DNA from: Alphaproteobacteria bacterium | Lineage (GTDB): Bacteria; Pseudomonadota; Alphaproteobacteria; UBA828 | Direction: 5' to 3' | Assembly (NCBI GenBank): GCA_963422645.2 | Contig: CAXXVO010000005.1 | Coordinates: 288,001 to 352,000, forward strand | DNA: 64,000 nt | Shown: in pieces, positions 54,834 through 64,000 of the stretch | How the letters are laid out: every line of letters starts with the position of its first letter | How positions within the stretch are numbered: position 1 is the first letter of the stretch | The notes under the pieces: generated by a model | The model's database searches: none | Told to the model about the DNA's origin: nothing | What the model saw: only the letters and a program-made list of their open reading frames with translations | Program-made: the position numbers and the translations under genes

Positions 54834-57014
54834 TCACCCCCCATCACCGTTGAGCCCGCGCAGCAGCGGCAGTTCGTCCTCGACCGGCAAACGCACATAC
54901 AGTCCGCGCGTCTTGCCGCGGGTCACATGGCAGCTGTCCAGCCTGCCCGCCTTGATCCGTTCCCAGACCGTCTGCCGCGTGACACCCAGACGATCCATTG
55001 CCACAGCGAGGGGAACAAACCCCTCCGGAGGCGCCTCACGAAAGCGCTCGCGCAAGGTCGGGGTCATCCGGATCCGAAGAGGAGCACCTTCGATATCGGG
55101 CTGGGCAACCGGAACCAGCCCCTCGCGGATCCAGCGATAGATGGTGTCATCCGAGACTCCGATCTCCTTCGCCACATCGGCAACGCCCATGAGCACCGGC
55201 TCGTCCCCGTCGGGCTGGTAGGGCGCAATGCCATGGCGGCGACGCAGGCTGCCAACAAGCTCGGCCGTGAAATCCAGACCCCGTGCTGTGCGCCGTCCCT
55301 GGCGGGTGAGAACCTTCGCGGTCTCCCGGTCGTTGTAAAAGCATGACAGCTTGCGCACGAGCTCGACCGTGCTGCGCTCATCGCGCCGGGGTGTCGGAGA
55401 GCCCGCGAGCATCGGCAAAGTGATCTCGTCGATCTGCCCGCCACGCCAGCGCAATGTTGCCATGATCTCACGCTCCTGTCGCGCAAGCTCGATCGTCACC
55501 TCGTCGAGGAGGCAGGCGAGCAGGCGCTTGCGCTCGCGCATGGTCGTCGACGACGCCCCCCAGACCTGCGACAGGCGCGCGCCGAGACCCTCGAAAACCG
55601 CCGGGGCAGGGGCCGCGGGCTGACGCGCCCGTGCCGCCTCAAGCGCTTCCTGTGCAGCCTTCTCGGCGCGAAGCGCCTTCTCCCACTCGCGCTCCAGCGT
55701 TGCCGCAATCAGACGGTTGTCGGGATCGACCTGCTTGTAGCGCCGCTCGGCAAGCCGCGCCTCGTACCGGCAGTGCTCAAGATCCAGCTCCCAACGGCGC
55801 AACGCGCGCAGGCCGCGTTCAGCAACATCACAAGCCGCCTGCCGGGCCGCCTCCACCCCCGCCGGCGTGACCGCATCGAGAAACAGACGGGCAACTTCCG
55901 CATCAACGCGCTTGCCGCCTGTCGACCAACAACCGCCGCGCCGGCGCGCAGCATCGCGCTTGCGGCACTCATACCCCCAGCCCGTCTTGCTGTAGTAGAC
56001 GGTCATCGGCAATCCGCAGCCGCCGCAGACCGCGAGACCCTGGAGCAGAGCCGACCCTTCCCGCGCCGCGCCGCGGGCTCCGTCCGGAGCCATGTGGTTG
56101 CGGGCCAGCTGCTCCTGTACTTCAAGCCATTCTGCCCAACTGACATATCCCTCATGCTTCTCCGGCTGAAGAATATCCCAGCGCTCCTGGACCGGCCGCA
56201 GCGGCGCACCGTGACCAACGCCGCGTTTGAAGCCGTAGGCATAGGCGCCGCCCATCGCCGGGTTGGTGAGGATGCGGTACACCCGTTCATAGCGCGCCGG
56301 GCCCCATTCCAATGCTGCCCCCGGGTGCCGGCGAGAGGGAACATCCTCGCCCGCCTCACGCAGCAGCATCGTCGCCTGGCGGGCCGAACCGGCTTGCCGA
56401 AAACGCGCAAAGACCGTTGCAATCGCCGCCTGAACCCGGGCATCCGGATCCTTCCGCAAAGTCGAGCCATCCCGCACAAATCCGATCGGAACGCGCGAGT
56501 ACAACTCGCCACGAAGCGCCTTGTTCCGCTTTCCGCCCTCCATCCGGGCGCGAATAAGAGACAGCTCAGCGGCGCTCACGGTTCCCTTGATCCCCAGGAC
56601 AAGGGAGTCGTCGTCCCGGCTCGGGCAGTAGATGTGGCAGTCCTCAACCAGAACCGTGTCGTGCCTGCGACATAGATCGAGAAGCTGAAACCATTCCATC
56701 GTGTTCCTGGCGAGCCGCGAAACCTCAATCCCGAAGATGCCCCCGACATGGTCCCGGGCGATCAGGTCGCACATCTCCCGAAAGCCGCCACGCTCGCCGC
56801 GCGCCTTCTCGCTTGCGCTCTCGCCAAGATCGGCGTCGATCGTCCGTATCCGCTCGGCCGGCCAGCCAATCTCCCGGGCACGCTCGCCAAGCGCGTATTG
56901 GCGCAGCTGCGATTCCTGGTGCGCGTTCACTTGCAAGGGTGTCGACTGGCGAACGTAGACAACTGCAAGACGCTCAAGATGACGCTGGGTGATCTTCGAC
57001 GGATCGACCGTCAT
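54834..57014 (-). CDS. Large serine recombinase (catalytic, recombinase, Zn-ribbon and C-terminal HTH domains)
   Basis: KITQRHLERLAVVYVRQST, DADLGES, EVSRLARN, CGGCG, VDPDNRL; ATG 57014 with GGGAGG upstream. Confidence 0.94.
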   Translation of the reverse strand: MTVDPSKITQRHLERLAVVYVRQSTPLQVNAHQESQLRQYALGERAREIGWPAERIRTIDADLGESASEKARGERGGFREMCDLIARDHVGGIFGIEVSRLARNTMEWFQLLDLCRRHDTVLVEDCHIYCPSRDDDSLVLGIKGTVSAAELSLIRARMEGGKRNKALRGELYSRVPIGFVRDGSTLRKDPDARVQAAIATVFARFRQAGSARQATMLLREAGEDVPSRRHPGAALEWGPARYERVYRILTNPAMGGAYAYGFKRGVGHGAPLRPVQERWDILQPEKHEGYVSWAEWLEVQEQLARNHMAPDGARGAAREGSALLQGLAVCGGCGLPMTVYYSKTGWGYECRKRDAARRRGGCWSTGGKRVDAEVARLFLDAVTPAGVEAARQAACDVAERGLRALRRWELDLEHCRYEARLAERRYKQVDPDNRLIAATLEREWEKALRAEKAAQEALEAARARQPAAPAPAVFEGLGARLSQVWGASSTTMRERKRLLACLLDEVTIELARQEREIMATLRWRGGQIDEITLPMLAGSPTPRRDERSTVELVRKLSCFYNDRETAKVLTRQGRRTARGLDFTAELVGSLRRRHGIAPYQPDGDEPVLMGVADVAKEIGVSDDTIYRWIREGLVPVAQPDIEGAPLRIRMTPTLRERFREAPPEGFVPLAVAMDRLGVTRQTVWERIKAGRLDSCHVTRGKTRGLYVRLPVEDELPLLRGLNGDGG

Positions 57015-57165
57015 CGGCCGCCTCCCGATCCGCAATCCGAACCATCAGATCGGCCAGACCCTGCACGACGCGATCCCGGTCCGGAGCCGGAAACGCCAGC
57101 CACCGGTCCCGGCGCTCCTCCCACTCCATCAGCGCGATCAGCGCCAACTCCTGCTCCGCATCCAT
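56974..57165 (-). CDS. Small hypothetical protein upstream of the recombinase
   Basis: MDAEQELAL...WLAFPAPDRDRVVQGLADLMVR, helical; overlaps the recombinase start. Confidence 0.5.
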   Translation of the reverse strand: MDAEQELALIALMEWEERRDRWLAFPAPDRDRVVQGLADLMVRIADREAADDGRSVEDHPASS

Positions 57166-57469
57166 CGCGCCTGAGTTCCCTCTCATCAAGGTCATTCAGA
57201 AGATTAAGGAGGGTGAGGAAATCAGACAACTCTCCGATCAGGCGTGGTGCATCCTCGGGACGGGCTCCAAGGCTCGTCCATGCCGCTGGTATCCAACAAC
57301 AGCTGCCGTCCGGCATCCGAACCTTCAGAGTCCGGCCCCCGTAACCTCCTTTGCGCCGATCGAGAATCTCGATCGCCTCACCGTCGAAAGGATGCTTGTA
57401 GCGTCGAATGCGAACGGGCTCAGGAGCCTCGGAAGCCTGCAAGATAGTAGTCTGTGACGTTCGTGGAGA
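57011..57469 (-). CDS. Accessory ORF (DUF5372 / Y4bD-like); no SD-supported start in the integrated state
   Basis: VRIRRYKHPFDGEAIEIL...MPDGSCCWIPAAWT; TGA overlaps the recombinase ATG (ATGA); frame is open through the GTGGAGA core. Confidence 0.65.
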   Translation of the reverse strand, partial: SPRTSQTTILQASEAPEPVRIRRYKHPFDGEAIEILDRRKGGYGGRTLKVRMPDGSCCWIPAAWTSLGARPEDAPRLIGELSDFLTLLNLLNDLDERELRRDGCGAGVGADRADGVGGAPGPVAGVSGSGPGSRRAGSGRSDGSDCGSGGGR

Positions 57470-57545
57470 CCTTCGTCGAGACGCCCCGCTACACCGGCGC
57501 CGTCTACAAGGCATCCGGCTGGATCCGCGTCGGGACCACCCAGGG

Positions 57546-57680
57546 GCGCGGGCGCTACGACACGCACATGAAGCGGGCCGAGCCCAGGAAGGACATCTGG
57601 CTGCGGCCTCTCCGACGAGACTGGAAGCGGACACTCAATCGGTGAAATCACCATCCATCACCTGAGAACGGAAGCATTAC
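57546..57680 (+). repeat. Right 135-bp inverted repeat, including the DUF4338 3' end
   Basis: Ends ...GGAAGCATTAC, followed by the TSD. Confidence 0.93.
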
Positions 57681-58033
57681 TCGCATGCGCCCCTCGCGCC
57701 TATGGCGGCGAGTAAGCGGACCGCAAGCGAGTGATGTCGAGCGTGCGAGTATTGGAGCGTAGGATTGTGACGAGCGCAAGGGAGAATTGGGCCGGGGCGG
57801 AAACGAAAGATGCGACAGAACAGCTAGTTATCGTATACACGCGTACCGCGGCGTACTCGTGACATAGAGGGATTTCACGGAATCACAATTATATTCCTCA
57901 AGCGCCGGGCGCGCGCACCAGGCTGCTTCGCGACCCGGTCTTGCCCGTGTCAAATGTCCCGCGGTTGCCGCCGGCGCTCTTGTTGTCAGTGCACGCTTCC
58001 ATGGCATACTGAAGTCGAGACGGGAGACTGCCG

Positions 58034-58330
58034 ATGCAGACCGACAGCCACATTCTCGACGACGTGGCCCGGGTCGCCACCGGGGCGATGGGGGCCGCGA
58101 GCGGGCTCAAGGGCGAGCTCGATGCCATGGTCAAGCGGCGCCTCGAAGGAATTCTGGCGCAAATGGACCTCGTCCCGCGCGACGAGTTCGATGCGGTCAA
58201 GGAAATGGCGGCGCGCGCCCGAAGCGAAAGTGAAGCGCTGGCCGAGCGGGTCGCCCAGCTGGAAGCGAAGCTCATGGCGGTCGAGGGCGCGCCGCAAGCC
58301 GGCGCCAGGGAGGCAGACGATGGACGATAA
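58034..58330 (+). CDS. Accessory factor UbiK / BMFP family
   Basis: ILDDVARVA, MDLVPRDEFDAVKEMAARAR, coiled coil. Confidence 0.88.
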   Translation: MQTDSHILDDVARVATGAMGAASGLKGELDAMVKRRLEGILAQMDLVPRDEFDAVKEMAARARSESEALAERVAQLEAKLMAVEGAPQAGAREADDGR

Positions 58331-58622
58331 GACCCAGATCGAGCTGGAGGCCGCCGCCTTCCGCACCCTCGTCGCGCACCTGCGCAAGCGCACGGACGTG
58401 CAGAACATCGAGCTGATGAACCTCGCCGGCTTCTGTCGCAACTGCCTCTCCAAATGGTACCGCGCCGCGGCCGAGGAAAAGGGGCTCGACATGAACCTGG
58501 AGGAGGCGCGCCAGCAGGTCTACGGCATGACCTACGCGGAGTGGAAGGAGCACTTCCAGACCGAGGCGACGTCCGAGCAGAAGGTCAAGTACGCCGAGGA
58601 GGCCGCGAAACACGGCTTCTGA
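58320..58622 (+). CDS. DUF1244 family protein
   Basis: ELEAAAFRTLVAHL, DVQNIELMNLAGFCRNCL, VYGMTYAEWK. Confidence 0.92.
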   Translation: MDDKTQIELEAAAFRTLVAHLRKRTDVQNIELMNLAGFCRNCLSKWYRAAAEEKGLDMNLEEARQQVYGMTYAEWKEHFQTEATSEQKVKYAEEAAKHGF

Positions 58623-58848
58623 TTTGTTTGATCATTTCCCTCAGTCGCCGGGCGCTCGCTCCGCTCGCTTGGCTACGCGCCGTTAGGCGCGCGGCGCAGT
58701 CGCGCCGTCCGGGCCTGCGGCCCGGTAACTTCGATGCGCCACACCCGTGGGCTGCCAGTTGCGAATGTGCTCCGCTCGCCTGTAAGTAAGTCTTTGGAGC
58801 GTGAGCGGTTGGCGCTCTCAGCGACTCCCTGAAGCAGAGAGGCCGTCG

Positions 58849-59937
58849 ATGACGAAACCGGTCGGTGTCGGGTTCTTGGGTTCGCAGTTCGTGAGCGGGA
58901 TTCATGCCCGCGCGCTCGTGCGCAACCCCAATGCGAAACTCATCGGCGTGGCATCGCCCACACCCGGCAATGCCGAGACCTTTGCCCAGACCTATGGCCT
59001 GCCCCACCACTGGACCGATCACCGCCCGCTGCTGGAGCGCGACGATATCGACATGGTGGTCATCGGCACGCCCAACGACACCCACTGCCCGCTGGTGCTG
59101 GATTGCGCCGCCGCCGGCAAGCATGTCGTGCTGGAGAAGCCGATGTGCTTGAGCATGGCCGAGGCCGACAGCATGGTGGCTGCCTGCAAGGATGCCGGCG
59201 TGCTCTTCATGTACGCCGAGGAGGTGTGCTTCGCACCGAAGTACGTGCGCATGAAGTCCCTGCTCGATGCCGGGGCGCTCGGCCGGCCGACCCTCGTCAA
59301 GCAGTCGGAGAAGCACGACGGCCCCCACGCGCCCCACTTCTGGGATGTCGATCGCGCGGGCGGCGGCGTGGTCGCGGACATGGGCTGCCACGGCATCGCC
59401 TTCGCCCGCTGGATGCTCGACCGGTCGCCGATCGTCTCGGTCTATGCCCAGCTGTCGACCCAGGTGCACGGCGACAAGACCAGGGGCGAGGATAACGCGC
59501 TGCTCATCCTCGAGTTCGAGAACGGCTGCCTCTTCCTCAACGAGACCAGCTGGACCAAGCCCGGCGGCATGGACGACCGGGCCGAGGTGCACGGCTCCGA
59601 AGGCGTGGCCTATGCCGACCTGCTCCATGGCAACTCCATCGAGACCTACAGCCGCAGCGGCTACGACTACGCCGTGGAGAAGGGCGGCGAGACCTCGGGG
59701 TGGAGCTTCACCATCTACGAGGAGGAGTGGAACTACGGCTTCTGGGCCGAGTTCGACCACTTCGTGGATTGTGTGCAGAAGGGCACGGAGCCGCTGGTGA
59801 CGGGAGAGGACGCGCGTGCCGTCCAGGAAGTGCTGTTCGCAGCCTACGAGTCCGCCCGCACCGGTGCCAAGGTGGCGCTCCCCTTCAGGAGCGACGCGGC
59901 CAAGCCTTGGGACCTGTGGCAGGGCGGCGCGGGCTGA
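58849..59937 (+). CDS. Gfo/Idh/MocA oxidoreductase
   Basis: TPNDTH, GKHVVLEKP, GGGVVADMGCH. Confidence 0.93.
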   Translation: MTKPVGVGFLGSQFVSGIHARALVRNPNAKLIGVASPTPGNAETFAQTYGLPHHWTDHRPLLERDDIDMVVIGTPNDTHCPLVLDCAAAGKHVVLEKPMCLSMAEADSMVAACKDAGVLFMYAEEVCFAPKYVRMKSLLDAGALGRPTLVKQSEKHDGPHAPHFWDVDRAGGGVVADMGCHGIAFARWMLDRSPIVSVYAQLSTQVHGDKTRGEDNALLILEFENGCLFLNETSWTKPGGMDDRAEVHGSEGVAYADLLHGNSIETYSRSGYDYAVEKGGETSGWSFTIYEEEWNYGFWAEFDHFVDCVQKGTEPLVTGEDARAVQEVLFAAYESARTGAKVALPFRSDAAKPWDLWQGGAG

Positions 59938-59941
59938 CGCG

Positions 59942-60670
59942 GTGCGTTTCACCGTCCACCCGGATGGGGAGGCGCTGGATCGTGAGGCCGCGGCCTTCAT
60001 TTGGGAGGCGGCCGGCGCCAAGCCCGACCTCCTGATCTGCCTCGCGAGCGGGGACACGCCGACCGGCACTTACGCCCTGCTCGCTCAAAACCCGGAACGC
60101 CTCGCACACGCGCGCTTCATCCAGCTCGACGAGTGGGCGGGCGTTGCTCCGGAGGATCCGGCGAGCTGCGCCGACTATCTGCACCGCACGGTGCAGGGTC
60201 CCCTCGCGGTGCCGCCGGAGCGCTGGATCGGAATCCGCGGCGACGCGCCGGATGCCGCCGCCGAGTGCCGGCGGGTGGGCGCCGCGTTGGAGGCGGCCGG
60301 GCCCATCGACCTCTGCATCCTGGGGCTCGGGCTGAACGGGCATCTGGCGCTGAACGAGCCGGCGGAAAGCTTTGATCCCTTTTGCCACGTCGCCACGCTT
60401 GCCGCGCAGTCCCGCACCCACCCGATGGTGGCCGCGGCCGCCCACCCGGTCCGCCAAGGGCTGACGCTCGGCCTGGGCGACATCATGCGCGCGCGCCGCA
60501 TCCTGCTCATGGTCTCCGGCGCCGCCAAGCGAACGCCCCTCGCCCGGCTTGCGGCCCGGCGCATCACGCCTACGCTGCCCGCGTCGTTCCTGTGGCTGCA
60601 CGGCGACGCGGTCTGCCTCTGCGACCGGGAGGCCGCGGCCGACACCGGGCTCGACGACGCCGACCCATGA
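59942..60670 (+). CDS. Glucosamine/galactosamine-6-phosphate isomerase family (NagB/AgaI-like)
   Basis: LASGDTP, QLDEW, ILGLGLNGHLALNEP, PASFLWLH. Confidence 0.88.
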   Translation: MRFTVHPDGEALDREAAAFIWEAAGAKPDLLICLASGDTPTGTYALLAQNPERLAHARFIQLDEWAGVAPEDPASCADYLHRTVQGPLAVPPERWIGIRGDAPDAAAECRRVGAALEAAGPIDLCILGLGLNGHLALNEPAESFDPFCHVATLAAQSRTHPMVAAAAHPVRQGLTLGLGDIMRARRILLMVSGAAKRTPLARLAARRITPTLPASFLWLHGDAVCLCDREAAADTGLDDADP

Positions 60671-61570
60671 GCCCCTGCGCCCTCGGCGTCGATATCGGCG
60701 GCACCAAGATCGCGGTCGGCGCGGTCGATGCAAGCGGCGCAGTGCATGCGCGGCGGACCATCGCGACCGACGCCGAGGCCGGCTTCGATGCGGGGCTTGA
60801 GCGGCTCACCCAAGCCATCGACGAGACCCTGGCCGAGGCCCGTGTCGATGCGGCGGCGCTCTCCGGCATCGGCCTCGGCTGCCCCGGCCCCTTCGACGAG
60901 GCGAGCGGGCGGATCGAGAATTTCTACACCCTCCCAGGTTGGGAGGGGAACGACATCGTGAGCCCGCTCGTCGCCCGCTTCGACACGCCGGTGCGGCTCA
61001 TCAACGACGCGGATGCGGCGCTGCTGGGCGAGGCGCTGGCCGGCGCTGCCCGCGGAGCCCGCGTCGCACTGATGCTGACCATCGGCACCGGCCTCGGCGG
61101 CGCGGCGCTGATCGACGGCGCGATCCTTAGCGGTGCCGCGCGCGAGCATCCCGAGATCGGCCATGTGATCGTCGACCCGGCCGGGCCGGAGTGCTACTGC
61201 GGCAACCGAGGCTGCCTCGAAGCCCTCGCAGCGGGGCCCGCGCTCGCGCGCGCCGGCGCGGAACACGGCTATGCCGACGCAGAGGCCGTCTTCACCGCTT
61301 CCGAGGCCGGCGCAGAACCCGCCAGGGCGATCATCGTCCGTAGCACGGACGCGATGGAGACGGCGGTCTGGAGTCTCGTCCATACGCTCCTGCCCGAGGT
61401 GATTCTCATCGGCGGCGGCATCGGCGAGCGCCACTTCGCGCTCTATCGCGAGGCTGCCGAGCGCGCCATCGCCCGCGCCGTGCTCGCACCCGCCGGAGCG
61501 ATCCGCGTGGTCAAGGCGGCGCTCGGCAACGATGCCGGCATGGTGGGTGCCGCGGCGTTGATGCTCGACC

Positions 61571-61578
<8 letters not shown>
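60667..61578 (+). CDS. ROK-family sugar kinase
   Basis: GVDIGGTK, NDADAA, TIGTGLGG, EIGH, CYCGNRGCLE. Confidence 0.93.
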
Positions 61579-63199
<1,621 letters not shown>

Positions 63200-63232
63200 C
63201 CAGCGCTCGCCTTCGACCGTCCCCCATGATGA

Positions 63233-63719
<487 letters not shown>

Positions 63720-64000
63720 TGTCAATCGGCTTTCAATACTGACCCCCGATCGGCGTGCAAAATTGACCCCCCTGAGTGGCACGGCGGAGGTTGTCCCGGT
63801 AGCCAATAGGGGGGACCCGCGCGGCTTCGTGTGGCGCCCTGCGCTACGCGGAGCGAAGCCGCGTGGGGGGTCCCTGTTGGCCCACCGGGGCAACCGGGCC
63901 GCAAGGGAGGCCGGCGGCGGGTCAGGAGCGGTTCTTGAAGCGCCAGCTCTCGTTGCCGGTCTCGATGATCTCGCAATGATGGGTGAGGCGATCGAGCAGC
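63720..64000 (-). mobile_element. IS21-family element, copy 2 (istB end; continues beyond the window)
   Basis: Matches 45352-45632 by eye, same orientation; includes the istB 3' end. Confidence 0.93.

Larger units (their letters stand above)
54645..57469 (-). mobile_element. Compact large-serine-recombinase integrative element (2825 bp)
   Basis: Bounded by direct repeat GTGGAGA (54638-54644, 57463-57469); removal restores the host reading frame. Confidence 0.9.
53930..57645 (+). pseudogene. DUF4338 / DruA-like gene split by the serine-recombinase element (53930-54644 + 57470-57645; 296 aa when joined)
   Basis: ATG overlaps the tnpC stop; YHYLGY, RDRFIGW, NPRFLILPW, PVLVE|TFVETPRYTGAVYKASGW...GTTQGRGR. 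Confidence 0.9.
51315..57680 (+). mobile_element. IS66-type transposon carrying tnpC and a DUF4338 gene, with a nested serine-recombinase element
   Basis: GTAA... ends, 135-bp terminal inverted repeats, 8-bp TSD TCGCATGC (51307-51314, 57681-57688). Confidence 0.93.

Noticed and set aside
53930-57645. Complete Druantia defence system
   Set aside because: No DruE helicase or other dru genes in the window; the DUF4338 gene is transposon-borne.
48849-57900. Prophage, ICE or integron
   Set aside because: No structural, replication or conjugation genes and no attC-like array; the integrases are the arm-binding type, not IntI.

Overview
GC-rich alphaproteobacterial chromosome (Rhodospirillales-like, judged from gene order and protein sequences). 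Positions 1-40.7 kb are mostly backbone: gcvTHP, metabolic genes, lolA-ftsK, the rpoC-rpoB-rplLJAK-nusG-secE-tRNA-Trp-tuf-tRNA-Gly/Tyr cluster, rlmB, tRNA-Thr, ispDF-pgpA-cinA-queG. One IS66 insertion breaks an acyl-CoA ligase gene. From about 40.8 to 57.9 kb is an accessory region: a passenger-less autotransporter barrel, an ABC cassette with no ATPase between 38-bp direct repeats, IS5, IS21, higBA, two tandem tyrosine integrases, and a nested element. The nested element is an IS66-type transposon (135-bp terminal inverted repeats, 8-bp target duplication) carrying a DUF4338/DruA-like gene. That gene is split by a 2.8-kb large-serine-recombinase element bounded by GTGGAGA. Precise excision would restore the DUF4338 frame, and in the excised circle it would join an RBS+ATG from one end to an otherwise start-poor accessory ORF at the other end. 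The second standout is a 72-aa insertion in RpoB resembling a bacterial SH3 domain, next to the gate loop. The window ends with a sugar-catabolic cluster, a Baeyer-Villiger monooxygenase, a disrupted paralog and a second IS21 copy. No CRISPR array or rRNA was seen. Family names are from motif recognition, not database searches.
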